64,000 nt of DNA from an uncultured virus (IMG/VR IMGVR_UViG_3300018915_000003). Its lineage: Duplodnaviria > Heunggongvirae > Uroviricota > Caudoviricetes. The notes under the pieces are model-generated. The model worked only from the letters and a program-made list of their open reading frames with translations. It was not told where the DNA came from and made no database searches. Made by a program: the position numbers and the translations under genes. Location: IMG/VR virus record IMGVR_UViG_3300018915_000003, one strand, 5' to 3'. Position 1 is the first letter of the stretch. Each line of letters opens with the position of its first letter. Below, piece by piece: positions 41,049-49,170 of this stretch.

Positions 41049-41687
41049 ATGGAGGAATTAAGTTCGCCATCAAGTCCAACGGGAGACAATGACACGAGAT
41101 ATCAAATTATTGAGCACTTTCTCACAGACCAAGAATGCATGCAGTTGATTGCGATATCTGGGCCCAGACTGGTACCTTCAGAGGGCTGGTCTGTGGATGC
41201 GGGCAAGAGTGAGATTACATCCTACAGAACGTCGAAGCAGGTCTTCTTTGTGAGAAGAGAGAATCAATTGATAGCAGACATTGAGAAACGTATAGCCATG
41301 CTGACTGGTATACCAGAAGAGAATGGTGAAGGTCTGCAGGTTGTGATGTATGAAAAAGGAGGGCACTACTACGACCATAATGATTCATTCGATCCAACAT
41401 TCGATGGTAATAGACCAGTGCTAAATAGGGGAGGACAGCGCATAATCACAGTCCTTATCTATCTCAATGATTTGGCTCAGGATGGCAGTGATGGCGGTGC
41501 AACCTGTTTCCCGAGGATTGATTTGCAAGTCTATCCAAAGAAAGGACGGGCTCTAATGTGGTGGAATGTGAAGGAAGACGGTAGGACAGTCGACCCTAAT
41601 ACCTTACACAGAGGTGAAGACTTACTCACCGATAAGAAGCAGAAGTGGATATGTACCAAATGGCTCAGACAGGGTGTGTTTGTCTAG
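41049..41687 (+). CDS. prolyl 4-hydroxylase family 2OG-Fe(II) oxygenase
   Basis: FLTDQEC, RTS, GEGLQV..Y, HxD, GGQRIITVLIYLND, GG.T.FP, PKKGRAL, TLH and KWICTKW motifs. Confidence 0.92.
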   Translation: MEELSSPSSPTGDNDTRYQIIEHFLTDQECMQLIAISGPRLVPSEGWSVDAGKSEITSYRTSKQVFFVRRENQLIADIEKRIAMLTGIPEENGEGLQVVMYEKGGHYYDHNDSFDPTFDGNRPVLNRGGQRIITVLIYLNDLAQDGSDGGATCFPRIDLQVYPKKGRALMWWNVKEDGRTVDPNTLHRGEDLLTDKKQKWICTKWLRQGVFV

Positions 41688-42231
41688 ATAGATGAAAGTG
41701 GTAAGCGGCATGTTCATCGTGCATTAGATTGGTCAGATTCTCTGGTCTGTTATCTAATTTATTTCCATTAATGTGATGGACATCCTCATTTGGTAACAGA
41801 TGACGCCCGAGTTTTTGCTCCATGATGACAACGTGCTCTCTCACATATCCCTGAGGATTTGCCCTATGATGTTTGGGGTTCCAAACTAAACGATATCCAT
41901 TGTGTATAACCACACCACCTCGCCAATGGTAATGATTTTCACCTCTAAGATTGAAGTGATGTCCCTGTTTGAACCTGAGCGGTCGACCTCGTTTATTGAT
42001 TGATGGGATAAGTTCATCACATCTGCCACACTCGCATATTTTCAATGGTGCGTTCTTGTGTGCTTCCTTATGACCTTTCCATGTGGGGTTTGTCTTTTGT
42101 ATTTTAAGATTGTGATGTTGTTTGAACTTTGCGGGCTTACCATTAGAGTTTATTGTTGGTATTAATTCACCACATCCACAGGCACAAAGTATTTTATTCG
42201 ATGATAATGTAGTCTCTTCCGTCATATCCAA
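41665..42231 (-). CDS. HNH endonuclease with CxCGC repeats
   Basis: GYVREH..IME..LGR.L...EDVHHINGNKLDNRPENL. Confidence 0.9.
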   Translation of the reverse strand: MDMTEETTLSSNKILCACGCGELIPTINSNGKPAKFKQHHNLKIQKTNPTWKGHKEAHKNAPLKICECGRCDELIPSINKRGRPLRFKQGHHFNLRGENHYHWRGGVVIHNGYRLVWNPKHHRANPQGYVREHVVIMEQKLGRHLLPNEDVHHINGNKLDNRPENLTNLMHDEHAAYHFHLSRQTHPV

Positions 42232-42283
42232 GCAATATGACTAGGGAGTCTACAGGTTTAAAAACCCTGTGACTCTCTTCTTA

Positions 42284-42625
42284 TTATTGGAGGTGTCTGG
42301 CTAGCTTGTCGGGTACCGACTCGGCCACTAACCTCGCATTGTTTTCGAGGAAGGGTCTGGCTGGTCTCTTGCCGGTGCCCTGTTCTATCGCCTTGGCATA
42401 GGATTCTGTGGTGCCCACCGTGATAGATTCGTGGGTCTTGCGGAGCACATGGATGGAGTCTCTCAGGTTACCCGTGCGCACGGGTACGTCCCTCTGTGCG
42501 AGTGCTATTGTCTCACTGGCAAAATCATCCAGTGTCGCAGTGACGGCATGGTCGCCCTTCCTCTCCGCCTCTTCGAGCGCACGTCTAAACGGACTCATAT
42601 CAATACTTGCACTGATGTGTGGCAT
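42284..42625 (-). CDS. HK97 gp10-like tail completion protein
   Basis: PVRTGNLRDSI...YA..IEQGT...PARPFL. Confidence 0.88.
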   Translation of the reverse strand: MPHISASIDMSPFRRALEEAERKGDHAVTATLDDFASETIALAQRDVPVRTGNLRDSIHVLRKTHESITVGTTESYAKAIEQGTGKRPARPFLENNARLVAESVPDKLARHLQ

Positions 42626-42722
42626 ATTATCAAAATATTGTAACCTTTCTCACACTCATGAGGACTATTTGACTGTAAAGAATATATCACACCATGCTGA
42701 TGTCAGGGTGATAGCAAGTAAA

Positions 42723-43037
42723 ATGAGTATGGATTCACAACAAAAAAACATACGTGAGGGAAACAACAACAACTACGTCAACAGTTTAGAGGATGAGCTC
42801 GTTTCGTTGGAGAAGAAGATAAGAGAGAACCAGAGACAGTATAATATGCTTGTCGCAGAGAACGACAGCATCTGGAAGAAATTAAACTACATGACCAGCC
42901 GCAACTCCAGCTACAGTGGGTACAACCGAAGGCTTCAACAGAATGAGAATGATATGGCTGCCAACAGGGCGGATATGAAGGAGCTCGCTACTGCGATGGA
43001 TGAGCTCATGAAACAAAAAATGGTGTTACACGCCTGA
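42723..43037 (+). CDS. coiled-coil hypothetical protein
   Basis: Start moved to ATG 42723 to avoid overlap with the gp10-like gene. Confidence 0.6.
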   Translation: MSMDSQQKNIREGNNNNYVNSLEDELVSLEKKIRENQRQYNMLVAENDSIWKKLNYMTSRNSSYSGYNRRLQQNENDMAANRADMKELATAMDELMKQKMVLHA

Positions 43038-43187
43038 ATGAAGATACAACATTCAGCACTCGACAACTTCAGTGTAGTAAAATGCAATGAGTGTGAGAGT
43101 GAGACCTGTATGATGGACGCCCTGGATTATTGGGACGTGCTATGTTTCAAGTGCTTCGAGCAATACAAGAGGGAAAGGCAAGAATGA
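43038..43187 (+). CDS. 49-aa Zn-finger protein missed by the ORF track (MKIQHS...CNEC...CFKC)
   Basis: Translated by hand; coupled to both neighbours. Confidence 0.6.
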   Translation: MKIQHSALDNFSVVKCNECESETCMMDALDYWDVLCFKCFEQYKRERQE

Positions 43188-43399
43188 CAACCAGCGACCA
43201 CATTGACGCCTATCGCGACGTATTGAAGCAGATACAAACACTGAGGGAGCGCCGAGAACACTTAGGAAGAAGTCATGTCTATGATTATAACAACGGATAC
43301 CACATGGCACTGGACAACCTGGAATCATGGCTCGAACACGAAATTGAGGAATACAACTCGACCTTCATAGAGAAGGCGTATCAAGTAAACAAAAAATAA
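43184..43399 (+). CDS. hypothetical protein
   Basis: ATGA coupling with the upstream ORF. Confidence 0.6.
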   Translation: MTTSDHIDAYRDVLKQIQTLRERREHLGRSHVYDYNNGYHMALDNLESWLEHEIEEYNSTFIEKAYQVNKK

Positions 43400-43419
43400 A
43401 AAAACAAAAAGAGAGGGGA

Positions 43420-43668
43420 CTAGTGCCGCCTGCGTCTATCGGACTGTTGCTTCGCTCTCTCAGCGTCCATTCTTTCTTTATCCTGTTGCATGCGATTCAT
43501 CGCTAACAACGCTACGACATCCTCTGGATAGTGGATGCCACCATTTACTTCCCACGGCTTTGTATTGAACTCAGACCATAGAACATACATCTGGTAGCAG
43601 TCCCACTCATCCTCGGTTAGCCGACTCCGCCCTGAGTAGATGAGTTGGTGGAGGGCTTTGCTTGAGAA
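43420..43668 (-). CDS. -1 frame extension (gpT-like part) of the tail assembly chaperone
   Basis: 82 open codons (FSSKALHQLIYSG...RRRRH) aligning without gaps to the C-terminus of 45232-46026. Confidence 0.8.
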   Translation of the reverse strand, partial: FSSKALHQLIYSGRSRLTEDEWDCYQMYVLWSEFNTKPWEVNGGIHYPEDVVALLAMNRMQQDKERMDAERAKQQSDRRRRH

Positions 43669-44219
43669 GGGAGCCCGTAAATTGTCCTGTGGTTACATGC
43701 GTCCAGTACCAATTTCATTTCTTCCCAGTCTGTGCGCTTAAAGTCCTCTGGCCTCATACCTAGATACAGATAGGCTAGCCCTTCGTAGAGCTTGGCGTAT
43801 AGGTCAGCTTTCTTTATTGGGTCTTTCTCTGCGTTGAACTTGGCTCTCGCCTTCTCAACGTTGAGCCAGTTGGCTTGTGAGATCTTGCGTCGTCTGAAGG
43901 GTTGGTCTTTCTCCCATTCATCAAGGAATGGTTGTTCCCATACTCCCGTAAAGGGATTCTGGACTTTCTTCGCCTTCATGTCTATCTTCTGAAGGTCGAT
44001 GTGGTAGTCTGATTGGGATGCGAGTTCTGTAATCTTTTGCATTCTCGCATGTCCCTGTCGGGCATAGTAGCGTTCCCACTCGCCTCTAAGTTCGGTTACA
44101 CTTTGAACGGTATCGTCCGCTTGGTCTATGATATCATTCCCGATATCATCGGCCGCGTTGGCGGCATTATCTTGAATCTGTTCTTGAATCTCTGGTGATT
44201 GATCTGATGCTTCTGACAT
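43617..44219 (-). CDS. tail assembly chaperone (gpG-like)
   Basis: Lies between tail tube and tape measure and has an overlapping -1 frame ORF. Confidence 0.75.
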   Translation of the reverse strand: MSEASDQSPEIQEQIQDNAANAADDIGNDIIDQADDTVQSVTELRGEWERYYARQGHARMQKITELASQSDYHIDLQKIDMKAKKVQNPFTGVWEQPFLDEWEKDQPFRRRKISQANWLNVEKARAKFNAEKDPIKKADLYAKLYEGLAYLYLGMRPEDFKRTDWEEMKLVLDACNHRTIYGLPSQAKPSTNSSTQGGVG

Positions 44220-44273
44220 TTTTTATTGGTCAGAAGCTAGTTGTTTATCAGATAACTATGAGAAGTAATGAGG

Positions 44274-44465
44274 TTAGTGGTAGAACTCCTCATCGACTAA
44301 GGCGCTAATCCGTTGGTCTTTTTCGAAGCATTCCTCGCATACCTGCTGGAATACCCTGTCGGTTCTGTTGACTAAATCATGCCACTGGTAGAGGTACCTA
44401 ATTGGCTTACGACCGCATCTGTCACAGGGTTCGCCGTCAAGCATCTCTATGAATCCACGCCTCAC
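44274..44465 (-). CDS. small Zn-finger protein
   Basis: CDRC...CEEC. Confidence 0.6.
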   Translation of the reverse strand: MRRGFIEMLDGEPCDRCGRKPIRYLYQWHDLVNRTDRVFQQVCEECFEKDQRISALVDEEFYH

Positions 44466-44561
44466 ACGCTGAGCAGTATCCTGATACCTTTTCGTATGGT
44501 GTGTGTAGGGCTTGCTTGCATCGCCTACACATCTGATAAAAAGGAATACTCATCATTATTC

Positions 44562-44786
44562 CTATCCCGTCCCTATAGGCTTCTGGCTATTCTTCCACTG
44601 TTCATATTTTTCCTTCAGAAGATGACGCGCCATACGGAAGGCTTCCTCGGCGGTCTCTGCTGTGTTAATCTCAAGGGTGAGTTTGACCTTGCCGCTGTCT
44701 CTGCTGTGGGGAAATAGCCTGAACTGGTTGGTGTTCTCATACATGTCCATGACGTCATTGAAGCTGACTTCTTTATTTTGTCCCAT
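44562..44786 (-). CDS. hypothetical protein
   Basis: Operonic ORF. Confidence 0.6.
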   Translation of the reverse strand: MGQNKEVSFNDVMDMYENTNQFRLFPHSRDSGKVKLTLEINTAETAEEAFRMARHLLKEKYEQWKNSQKPIGTG

Positions 44787-44792
44787 GTCTCT

Positions 44793-45278
44793 CTATACAG
44801 TCCTCCGTCTCTCCTGCAAGAAATAGATTGCGTCTACCACCAACCGCACATCAGGGAAATAGGCTCGGTTAAAGTCTTGTGGATACATATCCAATAGGAT
44901 ACCAGCCAGATACTCATATGTGGCGTAGAACCTGGCATGAAGCTGCTCCTGGTCTCTGACTGGAGTCTGCACATATCTCCGTCGCATCACCTGATATGTC
45001 TGCCATTCTGTATGGGATAGGCTCCTGCCCTCGAAGGAATACCTGCGTTTGAACCAGCCTATCGGTTGTTTGTTGTGGATGGAGATGTCATAATATTTCT
45101 GGTCGTAGATCATCCGCAACCTAGCCACCATATTCTTGTATTCGGTACGCTCTTCGTAGGGTTGGTTGTGTTGGAACTTGACGGCCTTGATGAACGCCTC
45201 TATGAAGTCGATCTGGTCTTGTAGCGTCTGGTCACTGTTTTTCTCTTGTTGGTTGTTGTTGTTGCTGCTGCTCATCAT
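44793..45278 (-). CDS. tail assembly chaperone paralog (G-like only)
   Basis: R.LS..EW...YEYLAGILLDMYPQDFNRA...V.LVVDA aligns with 43617-44219. Confidence 0.65.
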   Translation of the reverse strand: MMSSSNNNNQQEKNSDQTLQDQIDFIEAFIKAVKFQHNQPYEERTEYKNMVARLRMIYDQKYYDISIHNKQPIGWFKRRYSFEGRSLSHTEWQTYQVMRRRYVQTPVRDQEQLHARFYATYEYLAGILLDMYPQDFNRAYFPDVRLVVDAIYFLQERRRTV

Positions 45279-46026
45279 CTTTTTTCTTCTCCCCCAATGG
45301 TGGCAGTGGGTCTATTACTCCCTGCTTGCCCTTCAGATACTCGGCAAACTTTGCCATCTTTGATTCCATATCCCCTTGTTGCTGCTGTTGTAGCTGTTGT
45401 TTAGCCTTCCCTATCTCTTCTCTGATGGAAGTCTCCCACTCATCCATCCTGAGCAATCCGTTGATGTCCTCCATGTAGACCTCTCCACCTGTCATGTCCC
45501 TGGGACTTATGCGGAACTTCTTTGCCATCTTGTACATTGTATAAATCGCCTCCTCCTCTCCGTCCACCTCTGACCCTCCAGCAAAGAATAGGTTGCGGAG
45601 ATTCATACTGACGTAGGGCAGGCCGGCTTTGGTACGCATGATGAGGGCGTCGATAATCTTATGCAGTTCATGCTTCCTCACCGTGTCAGCGTAGTTGGCT
45701 GCGTCCATACCTAGAAAATACTCAGCAAGCAGTTTGTAAGGGGTTTTCCTGCGCTCCTCCTTGACCGGGTTGGCCGCCATCTCCCTGATGACAGCCTGCC
45801 AGTCCTTGTATGTGATTTTATGACGGTTGAACACCTTCACGGTTGTGGTACGCTTCTCGTTGGGGAGTCTCTCGTTGGTCTTTTTGTCATAACCTGAGTC
45901 TGTGTATAATTTGATGTGATAGTAGTGGGACATTGCGAGCTCCACCAGAACTGGGTCGACTTCGGGCAATGGGACAAGTGTCCGGCCCTGTTTATCCTTT
46001 TGCGGTGCTTCTCCTTCTCCTGACAA
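45232..46026 (-). CDS. tail assembly chaperone paralog, in-frame G+T fusion
   Basis: Aligns with both the 0 frame and the -1 frame of 43420-44219 across GLP. Confidence 0.75.
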   Translation of the reverse strand: MSGEGEAPQKDKQGRTLVPLPEVDPVLVELAMSHYYHIKLYTDSGYDKKTNERLPNEKRTTTVKVFNRHKITYKDWQAVIREMAANPVKEERRKTPYKLLAEYFLGMDAANYADTVRKHELHKIIDALIMRTKAGLPYVSMNLRNLFFAGGSEVDGEEEAIYTMYKMAKKFRISPRDMTGGEVYMEDINGLLRMDEWETSIREEIGKAKQQLQQQQQGDMESKMAKFAEYLKGKQGVIDPLPPLGEKKKDDEQQQQQQPTREKQ

Positions 46027-46098
46027 TAAAGTCGCTTAAGACTTGGAACATATAAATATATAGGCTTGTGTACTATAGATTGCTGCTATCGTCTTCGT

Positions 46099-46172
46099 CC
46101 CTTAGAGGTAGGAGAGAACGACATCTTTATCGTTTCCCTCATCAAGCAAACAAATACTCTTACCTCTAGGGG
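46099..46172 (+). other. intergenic stem-loop (16-bp stem with internal hairpin), candidate sRNA
   Basis: CCCTTAGAGGTAGGAG / CTCTTACCTCTAGGGG with two G.U pairs on the plus strand; TATAAATATA at 46051. Confidence 0.45.
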
Positions 46173-46228
46173 CTTATTCAAAAAAGAAAAGGAAAGAAAT
46201 TAGTTAGTTTGTTTTGTTTTTCTAGTGC

Positions 46229-47125
46229 TTAATAGGTCACTACGGCCACGGACTTCGCTCTACCCGATACAGACAATGTCTTGTGTTCGGTTGCTGTGGT
46301 GTTGTCACTCATGCTGATAGACTCTGGGTATGCATCAACAAAGACCAATTTCTTGGTTGTTGACAGGTTATACTCCATTGGTCTAGGAGTGAGTGATTTG
46401 ACATCAGCGATAAGCAGTGTGTCTTTGAACCATGTAGTGAACTCCCATTCGACGTTTCTCAATGTTGGTGGTGTGTCCTTGTTCGACATCATGCCGTTAG
46501 GCTTTATGGGCTCCAAATTGTTGGTGACTGAGCAGCTGAATGAGTTGGTGTCAGTTACGACGCCGTTGAAGGTCAACGGGTCTGGCCCTGGGGTTAGGTT
46601 AGTCCAAGGAGTTCCTGCGACTCCACCTGTGTGGAACACTGGTGTGCCTGGAAGTCCAGATGTAAGTGATGGAGTCCTAGCCTCTTGAGCTATGTATGAC
46701 TGGCTCACTTCTACTGCAGAGTCAGAAGATATGGAGATGTCTGTCGAGTCTGCACGGCATCCGGTGTATACGAAGAAGTGCTCTACTGCATCGACCTTCT
46801 GACTTTTCAGGAAGGTGAGAGAACGTTCGATTGTTCCGGTACCATTGGGCAGATTTATGCCATACTCGATTAAGGTTGTGTTGATAGGATTATATGTTAG
46901 GTCGAATGTGTAGCCGACGCCTGTGGGAATCATTGAGTTGATGTCCCTGGTGCCTATCTGTCGGTATTCGAGGCTGCCTGTTTCGATTGCTTCAGCCATT
47001 TCGACAAGAGGGCCGGTGTGTTGGAAGTTAGCGTTGTTAACTGGTACACCATAGTCTACCTCTTCGCAAAACTGAGGCTGTCGGATTACGTCCCAGGGGC
47101 CTGTATACTTATAGACAATCGGCAC
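46229..47125 (-). CDS. major tail (tube) protein
   Basis: About 300 aa, beta-rich and Thr/Ser-rich, starts with a QxxxxEExxYG motif; lies between terminator and chaperones. Confidence 0.8.
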   Translation of the reverse strand: MPIVYKYTGPWDVIRQPQFCEEVDYGVPVNNANFQHTGPLVEMAEAIETGSLEYRQIGTRDINSMIPTGVGYTFDLTYNPINTTLIEYGINLPNGTGTIERSLTFLKSQKVDAVEHFFVYTGCRADSTDISISSDSAVEVSQSYIAQEARTPSLTSGLPGTPVFHTGGVAGTPWTNLTPGPDPLTFNGVVTDTNSFSCSVTNNLEPIKPNGMMSNKDTPPTLRNVEWEFTTWFKDTLLIADVKSLTPRPMEYNLSTTKKLVFVDAYPESISMSDNTTATEHKTLSVSGRAKSVAVVTY

Positions 47126-47322
47126 GCTTAGGCGTACCTCCTTAGTGTTGATGCTATTGCGTTGTTGTTTCTGTTGTTGCTGTTGCTTGTTGCGTTAAAA
47201 CTCAAAGGTTTTACTGATTCATGATAGCCCGTTCGTGACCCATGAGAAGTAAGGCAAAAAACAGATAAACAATCAAAAATTAGACTGAATTAAAATTGTT
47301 TATCAGGTAATTATATCAGAGG

Positions 47323-47420
47323 TGGGGCAAGCCGGATTTGAATCGACGCCTTGTGGTTGACTCCCCGCCATCCCCCGGATTGGAGACCACCGCCATGATA
47401 CCTGACTTCGCCACTGCCCC
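47323..47420 (-). tRNA. tRNA-Trp(CCA) with 21-nt intron at 37/38 (47359-47379)
   Basis: Acceptor GGGGCAG/TTGCCCC, anticodon stem GTGGT/ACCAC, T-loop TTCAAAT; bulge-helix-bulge: AAT bulge, CTCC/GGAG, TCA bulge. Confidence 0.88.
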
Positions 47421-47439
47421 TGAGTTAAAATGGAAGAAA

Positions 47440-47527
47440 GGCCGCCCGTATGCTAGTCTTACACCACGTCCCCGCATATTTTTTTGGTGGGGTCGGCAGG
47501 ACTTTCACCTGCATCTCGGGCTCGGAG
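47440..47527 (-). ncRNA. circularly permuted tRNA-like gene (3' half 47485-47523 transcribed before 5' half 47444-47473)
   Basis: 3' half GCCCG-AGAT-GCAGG-TGAAAGT-CCTGC-CGACCCC-A-CCA, 11-nt linker, then 5' half GGGGACG-TG-GTGT-AAGACTA-GCAT-A-CGGGC; the stems are complementary across the halves. Confidence 0.72.
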
Positions 47528-47561
47528 AGTAACTAGAATGTGGGTCTATTTAAATTTTAAG

Positions 47562-47651
47562 CTAGGGAGGTAGGCGTGGTATCCTTTCGGACTGACGCCT
47601 CGTTTTTATCAGACAGCGCGGGATAAGCAATCCCGTTATCCCCCTCCCCAG
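47562..47651 (-). ncRNA. structured ~90-nt ncRNA of unknown class
   Basis: Closing stem CTGGGGAGG/CCTCCCTAG, hairpin CGGGAT/ATCCCG, hairpin AGGCGT..TCC-GAAA-GGA..ACGCCT; TTTTAATA box about 25 nt upstream. Confidence 0.6.
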
Positions 47652-47685
47652 TGTGAGATAAGATAGAGATGCCCATATTAAAAGA

Positions 47686-47763
47686 TGGTGGAGGATACAG
47701 GACTCGAACCTGTGACCTTGTGGCTTTCTTGCCTTCGCCCGTACCAGTCTAGGCGAATCCCCC
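47686..47763 (-). tRNA. tRNA-like gene with G3.U70 (Ala-type) acceptor and degenerate anticodon arm
   Basis: GGGGGAT/ATCCTCC-A-CCA, D arm GCCT/GGGC, T arm ACAGG-TTCGAGT-CCTGT; anticodon arm is only GGC-AAGAAA-GCC. Confidence 0.75.
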
Positions 47764-47806
47764 GAGATTAGTTTATCTAGGTCGGATATATTCCTATGGT
47801 AACATC

Positions 47807-48076
47807 GTGAACAACAACATCAACAAGAAAACATTCGGAATATTGACAGCGATGATGGTAGTAGCAATAGTAGCAATACCGCTTAATCTATCATCAATAC
47901 AGCAAGCCGATGCAGTACCAGACAACAAAGACTTCTGTCTGACAGCAGAGAACCAGGATGAGACAATCTCTGACTGCGCAAACACCAAACAAACTTGCAA
48001 GAGTCTGATCACCTTCTACGAAAGTGAAGGGTACAGAGTCACAGAAAAGTGCAAGCCAGTCTACACAGGCGAATAA
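47807..48076 (+). CDS. small secreted Cys-containing protein
   Basis: Signal-peptide-like N-terminus ending in ADA; four Cys. Confidence 0.65.
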   Translation: MNNNINKKTFGILTAMMVVAIVAIPLNLSSIQQADAVPDNKDFCLTAENQDETISDCANTKQTCKSLITFYESEGYRVTEKCKPVYTGE

Positions 48077-48139
48077 AATAATAAATAAATGAAAAATGGG
48101 CTAACCACTTGTTTGCCCCTTCCTCTTTTCTTTTTTAAA

Positions 48140-48661
48140 TTATGGGACGACTATCCTGCGCTCTTTGTATCTAACTCTGACCATTATTTGGTGATGCCAC
48201 ATCTTAGGCTCTGGTTCAGGGTCAGAGGCTGGGTTGTCGCTTGCGATGTTGAACACAACGTTTGGGATAAGGGTGTCACGCTCTGCCTCTATCAACTTCA
48301 TGAATATCCTTATCATCTTGTAGTAGTAGGAAGGCTCACTCTCTACCGTGTTGGATCTGGCCCAGACGTGCACAATCACATAATCTATGACATCTACAAC
48401 ACTCCAATCTAGGGAGCGACGTTCTGGAGCCTTGTCCCCCTGGCCCTTGCGGAAGGTGATGGCCATGTCGTGATGGTCATCATTCCAGGCATGGTTGAAC
48501 CAGATTCTGGATGCGGGTGGGTATACGGTTAATGGGTCGGTTGTTACGACATCGGCATACTGATCCCACTTTGCCTGCACTGCTTCCTCCAGCATTATGT
48601 GGATGGACTTGTCCAGTTGTTGCAGTGGTTCAGTCCCAGCGATACCGTATATGATGGGCAT
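48140..48661 (-). CDS. putative tail terminator/neck protein
   Basis: Position between adaptor and tail tube; V.V.VWA and W.H.I.V.V pattern. Confidence 0.6.
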   Translation of the reverse strand: MPIIYGIAGTEPLQQLDKSIHIMLEEAVQAKWDQYADVVTTDPLTVYPPASRIWFNHAWNDDHHDMAITFRKGQGDKAPERRSLDWSVVDVIDYVIVHVWARSNTVESEPSYYYKMIRIFMKLIEAERDTLIPNVVFNIASDNPASDPEPEPKMWHHQIMVRVRYKERRIVVP

Positions 48662-48663
48662 GT

Positions 48664-49125
48664 CTAGAGCAATTCTCCTGTGTCGTTGTTCAATGCTCGG
48701 AGGGTGTCTCCTTCCAACCCATAGGCTCGGATAAACCTGCCCCTTGAGTAAATGTAGCCATTGGGGTTTGCTGGGTGGGATTGGAGTTCACTGCTCTCTA
48801 GGAGGACGTGTTCCTTGTCATCCTCTGTCAGGTTTGGAGATAATAGTAGCTTCTCGAAGAATGATGTTGCTAGCTCCTCCTGCTCATCGGCTTCATCATC
48901 ATCATCCTTGATTGACCTGCGGATTGATGCGCTGGCCAGGAGTTCGGATATCTCCTGCACGGTGACATAGTCGGGGTCTGATGGAGCCCAGTCGTATTTC
49001 TTTGTCCACAGGCGCACTCGTGCGTCTGAGCGTTCAATCACTTTGGTAAGGTGTTCGGTAGGCAGAGTCTCCTCTTGCCTATTACCTGCTAAACGTCTAA
49101 CTTCTGCGGGATCTGCATATGGCAT
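48664..49125 (-). CDS. head-tail adaptor protein
   Basis: MPYADPAEVR N-terminus and helical I..S.A.V pattern typical of SPP1 gp15/HK97 gp6-like adaptors. Confidence 0.7.
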   Translation of the reverse strand: MPYADPAEVRRLAGNRQEETLPTEHLTKVIERSDARVRLWTKKYDWAPSDPDYVTVQEISELLASASIRRSIKDDDDEADEQEELATSFFEKLLLSPNLTEDDKEHVLLESSELQSHPANPNGYIYSRGRFIRAYGLEGDTLRALNNDTGELL

Positions 49126-49170
49126 ATTATATTATATCAAAAGGAAGTCGGTAAAATAACGACATAGGAA

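Noticed and set aside
46110..46150. Hammerhead-like TGATGA...GAAAC on the minus strand
   Set aside because: C3 is replaced by U, stem II is absent, and stem G.U pairs favour the opposite strand.
47570..47602. SRP RNA helix-8 resemblance (GTCAG-TCC-GAAA-GGA)
   Set aside because: Lacks the conserved CAGG/AGCA symmetric loop and is far shorter than archaeal SRP RNA.
47323..47763. tRNA cluster as a provirus attachment site or host boundary
   Set aside because: Viral morphogenesis genes continue on both sides; no integrase or duplicated tRNA end was seen.
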